From the NCBI RefSeq assembly GCF_009914755.1, contig NC_060940.1: 64,000 nt of DNA, one strand, 5' to 3'. The position numbers were made by a program, and so were the translations under genes. Of the stretch, positions 1 to 17,131 are shown piece after piece. This stretch comes from the human T2T-CHM13v2.0 reference genome, Homo sapiens. The notes beneath the pieces are model-generated. The model was not told the DNA's origin. It searched no databases and saw nothing but the letters and a program-made list of their open reading frames with translations. Within the stretch, counting starts at the first letter, position 1. Each line of letters begins with the position of its first letter.

Positions 1-1410
<1,410 letters not shown>

Positions 1411-1999
1411 GTAATAAAAGTGGTCACCTCTGAGGGGTGGCAGTCAGGTCCAGCAGTGCAAGAGCTTTCCTATTAAAACTTCTAGTCTGATTTGATGTTT
1501 AAAAATCTGCATTTATGACTTTTGTTTTTTTGCCTTTTTGTTATCAAAGTATTTCAGATACCCTCTATTCTGGACAAAAGCACTCAAGCTTGCTCAGGAA
1601 AAGGCCCCAGCCCCTTAGATCCTCAGCCTGCCAGTTGGCTCCCCTAAGAGGCAGCTGGGGACAGAGAGCTCAGTGGGATTTCTGCTGACTCCCTTCTCCC
1701 CACACCTTAGGAGCAGGGCCTAGACACGGTCAGACCGACTGGCGTTTCGACCATCAAATTAGGTACGTTCACGGCCTAAGAAAAGCTGGGATGCAGGGTC
1801 CATGACTACACCACACACACGCAAGGCGCTGCTGCTTCCACTCACATTTCTGGGCACTGGACACCTGTGACCCTCCCCATCACAGTATGACTAGAGGCAA
1901 AATGACCAATTTCTTTAACCTAAAAGTCCAGGACCTGACATCTGACAAGGAATCCTTTTGATTCCTGCTGCCAGAGGCCGCCTGAGAAATGTGCTTCAC

Positions 2000-2430
2000 C
2001 AGTGCTCTATAAGCCTGGCTGGATCAGAGTTGCTCAGGAAGCTTTACAGAAATTCAGATACCTAGGACAGTACCGCATACCTACTGAACAGAACTGAATC
2101 TATGTTTTTTTTTTTTTTCTTTCTGAGACACAGTCTTGCTCTGTCGCCCAGTCTGGAGTGCAGTGGTGCAATCTCGGTTCACTGCAACCTCTCTCTCCCA
2201 GGTTCAAGCAATTCTGTCTCAGCCTCCCACGACTATGGGCATTTTTAGTAGAGATGGGGTTTCACCATATTGGTCAGGCTGGTGTCAAACTCCCAACCTC
2301 AGGTGATCCACCCACCTTGGCCTCCCAAAGTGCTGGGATTACAGGCGTGAGCCACTACGCCCAGCCTGTATTTTTTAAAAGATGATTCTGATGGAGCTGG
2401 CTCACAGACTGGCATCTGGGAACCACTGGT
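2000..2430. mobile_element. MER5-like element split by an antisense Alu (2105-2367)
   Basis: cagtgctct... left end and gattctgat...gggaaccactgg right end. Confidence 0.6.
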
Positions 2431-2622
2431 TTAGGTTCAAACTATTGGCACATACAGCTTATTTTGTTAGCGTACAGAGTTGGAGCAGGATATTTAAAAC
2501 CGAGTGTGCCAGAAAATCTGAAATGTGTGGCTGCACTTTGGGTGCACATGTCCCCCAAGGCCTCCAACGCTGCAGGAAACCCCCCTGGCTCTTCGGGAAG
2601 ATGGCAGCAAAGTTCACCTCAC

Positions 2623-2700
2623 CTGATCACTCATGTCTCCAGACTCCCAGAGGGCAAACACCTTCTGCTCATCCGGGGAAGCAGCAGTCTGGGGGGGAAA
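2623..2700 (-). CDS. POLR3E: POLR3E exon 19 (FPPQTAASPDEQKVFALWESGDMSDQ); gene continues beyond the window start
   Basis: 78 nt, ggtcag/gtgagg. Coding exons 2-19 sum to 1944 nt = 648 codons with no stop; no further exon found in 1-2622. Confidence 0.94.
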
Positions 2701-4931
2701 CTGACCAAGGCCCAGGGGTGAGTTGCTTGTCCATCTCTACCCCATGGATCCATTTGCTTGCCTCATCCCTCCCTGTCTGCCCCAGCCCAGATGCAGGAAC
2801 ATGGGTTCCAATCCCAGCTTCTGCTACTCACCATCTCTGAGGGCCTTGGGCAGCCACAAACCTGTGCCTCTCACCTCACCATGGGGAGGAGGCCAGCACA
2901 CCCCCCAGGGCCTGACAGGGCTTCAGCGAGAGGGGGAGTGTGATGGGCCCAGTGAAATGCCCGGCTTCGAGTCTGCAGATATCCTCCGTACAGTGGGGAA
3001 GCTGCGTCTGTTTCCCATCAGCCTGGCACCAACTCAACTGTGCTTTAACACCCAGAGTCCTCCCTCCTGAAGATGCCAACCCTGATGGAGGGGCGCCCCC
3101 TTCCCCATAACTCTTGGGGTACCCTGGGGGTTCTTTTCAACTGCTTCCCACATGTACCATGTCAGTGTGGGTTAGAGGCACTGCCTGACTCCCAAGCAAT
3201 CCAGGCCACTTGGTCCAAAGGTAGACCAGGACAAGTGTGACACAGGCCTGGGTCCTGGAGAGAAGGGGACAGGGGAGGGGGCATCTGGGATGGTAGTTTC
3301 CAGTCCTGGTTCCATCACACAAGTAGCAATAATGGTTACTACCAGTAAAAGCCCTGTGAGGCCTCCAATACACATTTGCATTTGAGCATTAGAAACTGGG
3401 GAGGTAGTACATGGGGAAAAGTAAGCTCAGAGAGGTTTGCTCACTGTCCATGGTCACACAGCTAATAAGCAGCAGAACCAGGAGTTCAAGTCAAGTTCTC
3501 GATCTATTCACTTGCCCTGGACCTCAGCTCCCTCATGTACAACACAGAGGTGGCTGGGATCGGAGGTCTCTTACGTCTTGGATGTGACTACAATACAGTC
3601 TCCTTGTCAGGATGGCAAGGAGAGCATTACAGTTAGGGCCATGGTGTCTCCTGGAGACGCTGGCCCCACCCCAAAGCAACATGGACAGAGGGGGTCCGGA
3701 AGGAGGGGTGAGGGTGTCTGAGGGTGGCCATGTCCCACCCCTCACCTCTGTCCACTCCAGCGGCCCAAAACAACTAATGTCAGGCAGGTGTCCTGCCTGT
3801 CCTGGCCCAGCTCATGAAGAAAGGTGAGCTTGTGGAGACCCAGACCCATGTGCTGGGTGGGCAGGAGCTCCGAACTCTGCCAGTACCTCCCACAGGGGGC
3901 TGCCTGCCAGCAGGGCCGATCCCCTGAGACAGCCTAGGCTCCACAAGGCCTCCTGTCCTAGTTTCTATTCCTCATACACAGGGATGGGCCTTGGCCTCAG
4001 ATCATCACCCAAGGCTGCAGGCCCGCTCCTGACCTTGGCAATGAAAACATCAATGCTTTCTTAGAGACCACCACAGCCCCACCTCACCCCATTTTGCTGC
4101 CAGGTCTGGGCAGAGCCTTGTGGAAAAGGAGCACGGGAAAGGCGTGCCTCAGGCAGCACCTGGCGCTCTCTATCCTCAGCGCAGGGAAACGGTCCCCAGC
4201 AAGCACTCTGCTCCCCCGTCAGGGCCCCTCCCAGTGACAGAAAAGCAGCCCAGGGGGAAGGGGCAGGAGGCTTGCAATACCACACTCAAGGCCTGGCACT
4301 GGAAGTGCTGAGAGCACAGCGCTGAGCTGGTCAGCTTGCTTCTGATGCACAGGGAGGCCGCCAGGACCCAGGCCCAAGCTGGGGCGTGGCGCAGCTGTGG
4401 GGAAGCAGCTCATCTTAGCTGAGCAGAAAGGATTCAAAACTCCAGGCCACTATACTGAGGTCCAAATTCCAGCTCTACTACCTCCTAGGTAGTGACCTTT
4501 AAACGTACATTTCATTCCTTGGAGCCTCAGTTTCTTCATCTGCAGATTGCAAAGAAGATCAAACGATCTTAGAAGTTAAATCATTCCAAACAATGGCAAA
4601 GCTAGTAGGAAACAGGTGTTCTTGGTGGGGGACAGGGTGAGAAACCAGGCAGGGGCCCTGTTTCACTAGGCCCTGCTGCAGGCCAGGCAATAGGCCGGGC
4701 CTTCAGACACCGTATTTAGCCCCTACCACAGTCCTGTGACATAAAACCCAACATGATCCCATTTCATGAGAATAGAGCCTCAGAGAGGCTGACTTGCCCA
4801 TGTCACACCTAGGCCCACGTGAGAGCAGATGCTCACCAAGCATGGCCTCCCGTGTCCCCACGTGGCCTCCCAACAGCTGGTTCTCCCCACCCCCCACCCC
4901 CCATGCCCCTGGCAGGCAGGGCTCTACTTAC

Positions 4932-5449
4932 AGGCACCAGTATCTGCTTGCAACCGGCGGCCAGCACCGTGTCCTGTAGCATGCGGTCCGAGATGCCGCT
5001 GAAGAGTGTGTGGCCGGGGGGCAGGCTGGCCAAGTGCAGATTGAAGAGGCGCTTGAGTTCGCTCAGCGTGAGCACAAACTGTCTCTGAAAGGTGGCCTCC
5101 ACGAAGGCCTTCAGTTCCCGAGCCACAGGGGTGCTGGCGCAGCCCTGGGGCGGGTGCCCGTTGAAGCTGTCTGTGCCCGCAGCCCGCCCGAGAGGCAGCC
5201 CGTTGGCCAGCTTGCTGTGGAGGCCGCTGGGGGAAGTGTCCATGGGCTCCTCCTCCGCCTCCTGCTCCTCGTCCTCCTCGCCCTCCTCGCTCACGGGCTC
5301 CTCCTTGATCCGCACACCGGGCGGGACCGCAGGCACCCGCAGCTGCTCCTTCCGCCGCTGCAGCTCCCGCTCCAGCAACGCGTGGTTCTGCTGGGCCTTG
5401 GTTTTGGCTACTTGGATCCGCTGGTCCCCACAGACCAGCCCGGCAGGCC
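4932..5449 (-). CDS. POLR3E: POLR3E exon 18 (GPAGLVCGDQRIQ...acidic linker...AAGCKQILVP)
   Basis: 518 nt, ccgcag/gtaagt; core of ORF 4833..5501. Confidence 0.96.
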
Positions 5450-5943
5450 CTGCGGGGAGGGAGGCAGCACTGCTCAGGAGGGCACAGGGATCTGAAGCCA
5501 AAAGCCCAGCAGGGGACCGCGGGGCTGCAGCAAGTGGTCCCGTCCTGGTCTCATCCCCAACCTTTCTCGAAAATCAGCCACCCCATCAGTGGAAGAGAGA
5601 ACCGTCCCAGCGTGCCGAGAGTCATGCGGGGAAGGGTGCTGCTGAGTTCCTCCCCCCAGCAGCTCTTCCGGGCCCGCTTGTTGACCCAAGAGGGTGAGTG
5701 AGCCTCAGAGACCTGGAACCCAGACTCAGCCCTGGAATCCGCAAGCCTCCGTCCCTGAGGCTCTGCTGCTGGGCAAGCGACCAGCTGCGGTCTGTGGGTG
5801 GCAGGAAAGGAAGGAGGGTGAAGGGTGAACGGTGAGAGCCCTCCACCCTCTCCAGGTCCGGGCCTGACAAGCTCTAGCACAGCAGCCCTTCCGGAGCCAC
5901 AGTGTAGGAGCCGGGGCCTCCCAGCCCAAAGCCCCTCACACAC

Positions 5944-6005
5944 CTGATTGTGCATCCGGCTTCTTTGGCATGGTTTCCTTTACAAGATTATAGACTTTTT
6001 CCAGT
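5944..6005 (-). CDS. POLR3E: POLR3E exon 17 (LEKVYNLVKETMPKKPDAQS)
   Basis: 62 nt, tttcag/gtgtgt. Confidence 0.94.
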
Positions 6006-6549
6006 CTGAAAAGAAGAGTAACCCCATTAACTTTAAACCACGTCCCCTACCATCTGCTTCACAAGAGAAACAACCACCCCTTAGGCCCCAGGACACGCTG
6101 GTTACTGACAGCGCAGGCTTGGAGCTCAGCCAGCCCTACTGAGTCCCTCTTCTGGCAGAGTGCACAGCCCCAGGACCACCCAGACCCCATCAGTCTTCTG
6201 CCAACACCCCTCTGGTCCCCAGGCCCCAGCTCTTGCTCCTGAGTGCTCCCTCTCTCCATCACATCCCTCTTCCCTGAGCCCTCAGAGCACGGCCACCCTG
6301 ATGAGCAGGTACTGGCTGTGTGTCCTGTGCTGAAAGGATGGTGGGATCAGCCAGCAATGCCTATCAGTGTGGGTGAGGAGCGTGGGGCCTGCGGACCCCC
6401 ACCTGCCCTTCACACCCAGATCCAGCCCAACTGCGCTCTCCCCAGATGTGGGGTTTCTAGAGATTGCTCGGATCCACCCTGACAGTGCTCCCCAGGATGC
6501 AGGGTTGCTGGGATCACCGGGCTGCCCCTCCCTGGCCCAGGGTGCTTAC

Positions 6550-6707
6550 TTGGCCTGGATACCCGTCCACAGCATGTGCTGCCGCTGGACCACATCCGGG
6601 TGCTTCTTGATGAACTCCCCATCATAAGGCAGAATGAACTCCCAGCCTTTGTTGATCCTCACCACGGCCATGTGCTCCAGGAAGTCCTTCACATCCTCGG
6701 CGCAGAG
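6550..6707 (-). CDS. POLR3E: POLR3E exon 16 (LCAEDVKDFLEHMAVVRINKGWEFILPYDGEFIKKHPDVVQRQHMLWTGIQAK)
   Basis: 158 nt, ctccag/gtaagc; ORF 6546..6737. Confidence 0.96.
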
Positions 6708-6796
6708 CTGGAGGGGAGGGGGCCCAGCGTGAGGCACAGCCAGCCCCCTCCCCTCCAGCAGCAGCCTGGGCCTCAGACCACAAAAACGCCACTTAC

Positions 6797-6856
6797 TTTG
6801 GTCACGGTTGCCACCTCTTTCCTAACCACCCAGCGGCTCTGCGTGAACTTCCACAT
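6797..6856 (-). CDS. POLR3E: POLR3E exon 15 (MWKFTQSRWVVRKEVATVTK)
   Basis: 60 nt, cctcag/gtaagt. Confidence 0.95.
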
Positions 6857-8278
6857 CTGAGGGAGAAGAAGCAGCACATTCCAGGGGCGGCCACGGACTG
6901 CTCCCAGGACTGTCCCGGGAACTCACCTGGCAGGCCTGGGAGCTGGAGCCTGGGACAGTCCTAGGCTCCTGGCCTTGATTCTTCCCAACAGTGTGGCCTC
7001 AGGCAGTCCCTTCAGCTCTGCACCTCCCTCCTTTTCTCCTCCATAAAGGAGCTCCAGGCCCATCTCTTCCAAGGGGACCATGGGACCATCCCACCCCACC
7101 TAGACCACAGCGCTCCCTGGGGATGCCCTGCCCAGCTCCGAGGATACGATGAGGACTCGGGCTGGGAGGGGCTCCCACAGACACACGCTGTCTGCATAGG
7201 CGGCACTTCACAGTGGTGGCTGCTAATGGCTGGTTGGAGGCCGCCCATCCTTCCAGAAGCTCTCAGCCCCCTGCAGCCCCCACTCTGCCTCAACAGCTCC
7301 CCTGCACTCTGATTAGATTTGTGGGGTGACTGGGAGAGAGAAGGGTGGCTGGCTGAGAGACACAGGGAATGGATGACTATCACCTACGCTAACATAGACT
7401 GGACCACACCCCCACCAAGCCGCCAGTTCTGACAGTGTCTACACACTGGAGCGGGGCGGGCAGGGGCAGCTGGGGGCAAACGGCACTGTATCTGGGGAGG
7501 CAAGCCTGGGAGTGGTGATTGTTACATGCTGACCCCTAGGAGCAAAGATGCTGCTCGGGCACCTGGACACCGACTGCCCAGAGGAGTTGGGGAGGCTCCT
7601 TCAGGAAGAGAAGAGGCAGATGCTTCCTTCAGCTTAAGGGCTGCCTTGTGACTGGGACGGCACACCAGCGTGCCAAGGGGTGTGGGACAGCTCCTGGGCA
7701 GCACGTTTCAGCCAGCACCAAGCCTAGGAAGACTGTGGCTCCCAGCTGCATGGAGTTCCAGGCCTTGGGAGGGAGGCCATGGGTGGGGTGATGGGAAGAA
7801 GGGAGACACCAGCTCAGGAGTCCCAAACTCCAGGGACAGGCACAAGGGAGGCAAAGGCACCTGGGACTGTGGTGAACTGGAGACCGCCAGCGCCTTGTGG
7901 GGAAGTGGCCCCAGGGGTGTCAGGGAGTCCAATTACCCTTGACAGCTAGACATCTGTCTAGCATCAAGATTTTTTTTACATCAAAATTTCAATTTATAAA
8001 ATCTGACAACCAAGGCAATATTTCTAAACCACCACTCAGGCCGAATGAAACGTGCTTCTTGACCCACCCCCCGACTGCGCTAGAGGAACTGGAAGGTTCT
8101 TTCCAGCCCGAGACTCCAGGCTTCTGAGAGGAAGGAGGAGAAAGGCAGAGGCCAGGGCCTCCTCACACACCCGCCTCCACCTGGAGCCTCTGCCGGGCCC
8201 CGGTCTTCAGAAGCCCTGCACCGCTGCCCCCCTCTTCCCACGCCCCCACCGTGAGTCCAGAGAACCCAAGGTACTTAC

Positions 8279-8360
8279 AACGAAGTCTCGGCCCCTGCAG
8301 AGCACCTCAGCAGGCACGCCGCTGTGAGGGCTGGACGAGTCCTTGGGGTATAGGATGTCA
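8279..8360 (-). CDS. POLR3E: POLR3E exon 14 (SDILYPKDSSSPHSGVPAEVLCRGRDFV)
   Basis: 82 nt, tggcag/gtaagt. Confidence 0.95.
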
Positions 8361-9784
8361 CTGCCAATGCAGGTGAGGATGGCAGGTCAGTCCCTGCCCT
8401 GAGCCCCCTCTACCGCTACCCCTCCCGGCCAAGCCCCAGTCCATGCTTCTTTCCACCGTGGGCTGGGTACAGGCCTGAGCCCCAAGACCTCCCCTTAGGA
8501 GCCACATCTGTGAACACAGACATGGGAAAGAAGCACCCCTCTACCCCACACATCCCCCCAGTTCTTCCTCTTATTACCCCTCAACCCGCCATGCACACCA
8601 GCCTCATCCTAAGACCCCTGCACATTCAGGGAGAGGTCACGGGCTCAGAGACAGACAAGGTGAGGAACAGCCCGGGACCTCAAGGAGCCCAGGACTCTGG
8701 AAGACAACTGGTCCCTGCACGTGACACCAAGAGAACCAGGGATGAAGCCATCTGCAAGCCCTTGGCCACCTGCTGAAAGGGGCAGGTGGGCATGAACCGA
8801 GGTCAGAGGCAGGGGAGGCATGTTAGCCCTCGGAGAGAACAGGCTCAGCACTCAAGGTTCAGGGAACTTCAGAGGAAAGGCCGGGGCCTTGGACAGCAGG
8901 GCACGAGAATCTCCAGAGTGTAGCCCTGACCCAGCTCCAGCCACAGGCCCTGCAACCCCGGCTCAGCCCCTGCTGCGGCACCTGTGCTCTGACTGTCCCT
9001 CCCTCTGCTGCCAAGCCCTCCTCCTCCCCCTGCTCAGGTCCACCTGGCAACCAACTGTCACTCATCCTGCAAGGCCACGCTCTGTGGGGACACGGACTCT
9101 GCCGATGTGGCTCATCGCTGCCACCACAGCGAAGGTACCTATTAAGTGTGTGCTGACCAAACAAACCTGGTCCATGCCATGATCTCTGCATTCAGGGAGC
9201 TCAAATGTAACAGCCGCCATCCCCAGGGGCAGTGTCTGAATGAGAGCCCGGTCCATGGCACAGAACGAGCAGTCTAGCCATAGTGACTGAATGGAGGCAT
9301 GGATTTTGCATTGTCTCCTCACAGGCACACACAGGACCCTCACCCAGGGGCCCCTGACATGGCAGCATGGGCAGCAGCAGAGTAGGGCTTACAGAAGTGC
9401 CGGGGCAGGTGAAATGCCCACAGTCCCCAAGTCCCTACCTTCCAGTCCCCAGGACAGGGCGAAACTAAAAGGGGCAGCACCTCCAGGGGACACATGCAGT
9501 GCTGGGTGCAGAGCCCAGGGCTGAGCCATGAGGCTTAGGTTTTAACAGGGCTCTGCGGCTGCCTTGCTGCAAGACTTTTGGCAAGTCCCATGCCTCTCTG
9601 GGCCAGTGTCCTCAGGTGTGTGACGGGAGGACCCCTCTTGGCTTTCATTCACTTATGGTGTAAATATACACACGTGGTCCTATGTAATACGCGATGCGCC
9701 ATTGCAAAAGCCTTCCATGATGAAAACGTGTAACAAAGGACAACAGCCGCAAGGTGCTGACAAACTGCGCTGGGCACCTGTGGA

Positions 9785-9814
9785 GCAGTGCAAGGGCGCC
9801 ACCAGGTGGCAGTA
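9785..9814 (+). promoter_or_regulatory. Candidate CTCF site with upstream module
   Basis: gcagtgc-aaggg-cgCCACCAGGTGGCAGta. Confidence 0.7.
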
Positions 9815-10159
9815 ACACGAATATACTCTACAACTATGAGGAGCTTTCAAGGCATTGTATTTTCTTAAAATGTTCAACATTTCACATTTTGTCACATTGC
9901 TCACCTTAAACTACATTACTTAAAAAGTGAGTTATTAATGCAATTAATGCTACATCATTCAGAATCAATATAATTCAAGTAAAACGTAGCCACATTATTT
10001 ACCAAGGGTCTGCACTGGTAATATCCAGGCATTATTCCGGGTACTGGGAACATAAAGCAGGAGTCAAAACAGACATCCCTAATCCCTTGAAACTGATGGT
10101 CTCGTGGAGGCAGCACATGGTCTAGGGGAGGATTCGCCGAAGAGAAACCACTGAAAGGC

Positions 10160-11935
<1,776 letters not shown>

Positions 11936-12111
11936 TAGGCCGGGCCCGGTGGCTCACGCCTATAATCCTAACACATTGGGAGGTCGAGGTGGGTGGATCA
12001 CTTGAGGTCAGGATTCGAGACCAGCCTGGCCAACATGGTGAAACCCGTGTCTACTAAAAACACAAAGATTAGCTGGGCATGGTGGCGGGCACCTATAATC
12101 CCAGCTACTCA

Positions 12112-12216
<105 letters not shown>

Positions 12217-12263
12217 TCAAGGAAAAAAATAAATAAAAATAAAAAATAAAAAAAGCAACTTAC

Positions 12264-12384
12264 CTCTTCACCACCCAGTTCCCTTGGACCAACATCGCCA
12301 CCTTCTGGATGCCCCGCAGAACAGCCACGGAATCGATGGAGGGGCCCAGGAGGCTCATCAAGTTGGCAAAAGGCATGACCTTCA
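12264..12384 (-). CDS. POLR3E: POLR3E exon 13 (VKVMPFANLMSLLGPSIDSVAVLRGIQKVAMLVQGNWVVK)
   Basis: 121 nt, cctcag/gtaagt. Confidence 0.95.
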
Positions 12385-12671
12385 CTGAGGAGGACGCAGG
12401 AGACATCAGACAAGGAAGAGGGGCCGGGCCCTTCCCTCCCCTCCACCGAGAGTCCGCATAGCTTCAAGTTCATGTAATAACCCCAGAATGTGGTAACTAA
12501 CAGTAATGACACCCATCATAGCCAACAGCTGACACTCTCAGGCTGCTCACTACATGCCAGGCACTGGGCACCTCATGAAATCTGAGGATTATATGAAGTG
12601 CCCCTTAAGGAAGACTTGAGGGGTGCCTCAGGAGGAAGGGTCTATTACTACTCAGACCTGGAAAGGCTTCA

Positions 12672-13182
<511 letters not shown>

Positions 13183-14003
13183 CTAAGAGCTCATGGTGGC
13201 ATCTCAAAGGACGAGCCCAGGTTCTGCGGCTCCATTCTGAACTCAAGGATCAGGTCTGTTGTTCACCAGCCACGGGTACCCTAAAGGTTCTGGCACTCAG
13301 AGTCCTCTGAGAAAAGGAGACCAGTCCTTATGGTGCCAGGTCTGGCAAGAGTACCCAGAAGCAATGCCAGTGAAGACACTGTCATGAAAATGACCCTAGT
13401 TGAGCCGGTGCAGTGAATGGCGTCTGCTTGTAGGCCCAGCCACTCGGAAGGCTGAGGCAGGAGGATCACTTGGGCCCAGGAGTTACACAGCAAAACCTTT
13501 AAAAAAAACCTTTAAAACCTTTAAAAAAACCTTAAAAAAAAAAACAACAACAACAACAACAACAACAACAAAAAGCCCCTAGTCCGTGTTCGCCTGCAAG
13601 GCCCTGTACTTTAGAAGCCTCCTCTCTCTGATTCCTCACATTGGCCCCCAGGAACTATCATTAGTCTCTTTTCACAGAAAAACAAACAAAGCCTCAGAAA
13701 GGTTCATGACCTGCCCAAGAGCATGGCAGACAAGTGGTGAGCATGGCACAGGAACCCGAGCCCGCCTGTGGGGGCCAGACACACTACTGTCCTACATTCA
13801 CGGGAACCCGGGCTGCCTGCGGGAGCTGGCCGCACTGCCGTCCTGCGTTATCTTTCCAGACAAGGATGCAGCTGCAAAGCTGGGCAGGCTGTGGGCAGCA
13901 GGGGCCTCTGGCCTTGTCCCCTGGTCCTCACTGTCCCACAGAGTCCATTCCTCAGGAGCCACTGGGACTGGGGCCCCCGGGTGGGCAGGGGGTAGGCACC
14001 CAC

Positions 14004-14095
14004 CATTCTTCATCAGGATCTTGATCTGATCGGCCAGGGGCAGCGTGCGCAGCTGGGCCATCGACAGGACGTTGCTGGGGGCCACAGGCTTGTCT
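14004..14095 (-). CDS. POLR3E: POLR3E exon 12 (DKPVAPSNVLSMAQLRTLPLADQIKILMKN)
   Basis: 92 nt, tcccag/gtgggt; preceded by a 75-nt intron. Confidence 0.95.
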
Positions 14096-14170
14096 CTGGG
14101 AAAAGCAGAGGGGACGGGTTAGAGGCAGCCAGCCCGGAAAGGGAGAGGGTGTCCTGCCGCCTCTACTCAC

Positions 14171-14215
14171 TTCTCCTCCTCCTGGCTGGGTGGCATCAGC
14201 ATCATCAGGTACTCA
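14171..14215 (-). CDS. POLR3E: POLR3E exon 11 (SEYLMMLMPPSQEEEK)
   Basis: 45 nt, ctgcag/gtgagt. Confidence 0.95.
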
Positions 14216-14523
14216 CTGCAGGGACATGGCAGGGGCAGAGGCTCAGGGCTGATCCAGGCTGGACCCTCCTCACCAGCCACCCAAGTGAGGGTCTGGGGAG
14301 AGGGTGCAGACAGCCCACCCCCGCCCTCCCCCAGCAGCCCTGAGCCCCTGCAGAAAAGTGGACCATCTCTTTCCAGGCCCACCCTCCTGGCCTTCTCCAG
14401 GGGACAATGGGCTCCACCCTCATGCTACAGGAGGGGACACAGTCCTCTGGGAGGATCCACACCAAGGACCCCTGGGGACCCTGGGCAGGCATCCAGTTTG
14501 CATGCTGGCCCAGCCCATCCCAC

Positions 14524-14609
14524 CTGGGTGACTTGACGAGCTCCGTGTTCTCCACCCCGCTTGAGCCGGGGCACAGCAGGTACTGACGCTCATGCTCAGA
14601 GCGACTGTC
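14524..14609 (-). CDS. POLR3E: POLR3E exon 10 (DSRSEHERQYLLCPGSSGVENTELVKSP)
   Basis: 86 nt, caacag/gtggga. Confidence 0.95.
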
Positions 14610-15241
14610 CTGTTGGAGGAGGGCAGGGTGTGAGAGGAGCCTCAGCTGATGGCCCTGGCCTGGGCCCCCTCCCCCAAGGCCTCCCGTCTTCCACTCCATG
14701 GCCAGCCACAGGACCACATCCAACCTCCTGAGCACGGCACCCAAGGCCTCTGACGTGGCCTCAGCCACTCATCTTCCTGGCCTTATGACCTGCCCAGCCC
14801 CAGCCCCCAAGCCTCGATGCCTTGTCTGTAACACAGGTACACCACCAGCAATGACAAAATGATGGCTAACATTCACTGGGCATCTAGGATGTGGTGGACT
14901 CTGTTCCACTGACTGTAAATATACTAACCCATCTCACCCTCAAAATAACTTGGCAAGGTAGGTACTATTATTACTACTCTCATTTTATAATTAAGAAAAC
15001 TGAGGCTCAGAGAGGTTAGCTAACATGCCCAAGGTCACACAGCAGGAAACAGCAGTGTCTAGAAGTTTGACCCCGAGTCTAAGGGTCTGTTAACACAAAT
15101 CTCTTCCAAGAAGGTTCCAGAGAAATCAGGAGTTGTTCCCCACCCCAGAAAATATTGGGAGCCCTGGCCCATGGTGTCTTTGGAAGCATCCCTCACTCAG
15201 TACACAGTTTCAAGGGTTAGGTTCTAAAATCAATGCACCAG

Positions 15242-15728
<487 letters not shown>

Positions 15729-16001
15729 CTAGCCCCACTGCAAGCCCAGCAAGATGCCCATGCCCAGGGGCCAAACCCCACCCAGGGAACCAAGGACTCG
15801 CATCTTTTCCTCTTGCTCTCCTGGGGCCCACGCTAAGTGGCTCGGCTGGAGTGAAGTGTAAACTGCCCACAGGACTCGATCCTCTATCTGTGGCTATGAC
15901 TCATGAATTTGACTTAAGTTCAAGGTGAGACACGGAGGCCACACCATGACCCTTCCGGGCACCGAGGTGTTTCCCCCAGGACCCCACGAAGCCCCGCTCA
16001 C

Positions 16002-16121
16002 CCTCAGGCCATAGTAATGCAGGTGGACCCAGGGCTCCTCTGCGTGCTTCTTCTGCAGGAACTCATAGGACTGCACACGGCGCTGGCGGGCCTGCTCTGA
16101 CTCCGGCCGGGAGAACCGCAC
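16002..16121 (-). CDS. POLR3E: POLR3E exon 9 (VRFSRPESEQARQRRVQSYEFLQKKHAEEPWVHLHYYGLR)
   Basis: 120 nt, ccgcag/gtgagc; ORF 15894..16121. Confidence 0.96.
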
Positions 16122-17081
16122 CTGCGGTGGGAAGGGGAAGAGGTCATACCGTCAGGCCTGTGACCCTTGCTGGACTGCCGTCTCAGCCCCTGCCAGAAGA
16201 CCAGAGAACTCCGTATAGGGGTTTTCCACTCTCCCTTCCTTTCCTAGCACAGGTCGTTTAAATTCCGTTCCAACCGTGTCCCTCCCAGAGCTGCCTGCAC
16301 ACGCCAGGGAACGGCTTATACTTGCTCGTGCCTGCCCAGCCCAGAGGCTTGAGGGGGATTAGAGTCCCAGGCGCCAGAGCCAGCAGAGTCCTTAAAGCAG
16401 ACAGGCCCAGGATGCCTTTTCTAAGTTCCCCAGAGCGGAAGGGAGTTTCTAAGGTCCTAATAAGCTACGGAGAGAACAGGATGAGCTCCCTGCGCCACCT
16501 CCATGTCCATTACGCCCGTGTTCCCCGGTCCTCAAGGGCTTCCAAACACTCACCACTCTCTAGCCATACTTGTGTATCATCATTCTACGTGTAGCATTTT
16601 TCTTTTGGTACTACTCATTTTAATCTAAATATGCTTAAATAGGGAAAACTTTACAAACCATAAATGGAAGGTTAAGATTCTTTGAAAAATCTTTAAAATT
16701 CAGGAATAACTATTAAAACGAAAACTATTCATCCGTGCCCCATAAAGAGAATAGAATCACAGTTAATTGACTTTGGCTCTGTTAAGATACAGGTTCATGG
16801 CAGAGCTGGTCTGCGGGTCCTCAGGGCTCCTGGCCCCAGCTTCCTGCTCCCAGGTGACTCTAGCCAAGCCCCAGGCACACATCTCCTGGATCCAGCCAGG
16901 GCTTCCATCTTGTGTATAGCTGGAACAACTCAGGTTGTTCCCTCCAGGTAGCCCAGCAAGAAGGCTCAAAAGCATGGGCCCTGTCTGCTCCACCTGCATT
17001 CTGTGAAGACCCGCTACCCCTTGGTCTCTGGTCCTGCTGCCGCCCAGGCAGCACCCTCCTCCTCCAGGGGCCAGGGCTCAC

Positions 17082-17131
17082 CGTGATCTGCTTAACATCG
17101 TCTTCCGCCTCATCCTGTGAAGAGTCCCCTG
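17082..17131 (-). CDS. POLR3E: POLR3E exon 8 (AGDSSQDEAEDDVKQIT)
   Basis: 50 nt, CAGCAG tandem acceptor, gtgagc donor. Confidence 0.94.

Noticed and set aside
2795-4560. Other MIRs with B-box-like text (ggttccaatcc ~2803, ggtccaaattc ~4459)
   Set aside because: B boxes deviate from GTTCRANNC and no convincing A box; not called Pol III units.
4833-5501. 222-aa ORF as a standalone gene
   Set aside because: It is exon 18 plus intronic flanks; splice sites at 5449 and 4932 explain it.
5010-5697. 161-aa and 201-aa plus-strand ORFs
   Set aside because: Antisense shadows of POLR3E exon 18.
13500-13575. Repeated aaaaccttt units and (AAC)n
   Set aside because: Slippage in the tail of an Alu monomer; no spacer structure, not CRISPR-like.
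14096-14170. 75-nt intron (multiple of 3) as an in-frame retained intron
   Set aside because: Retention reads AAG TGA immediately, so no extended protein.
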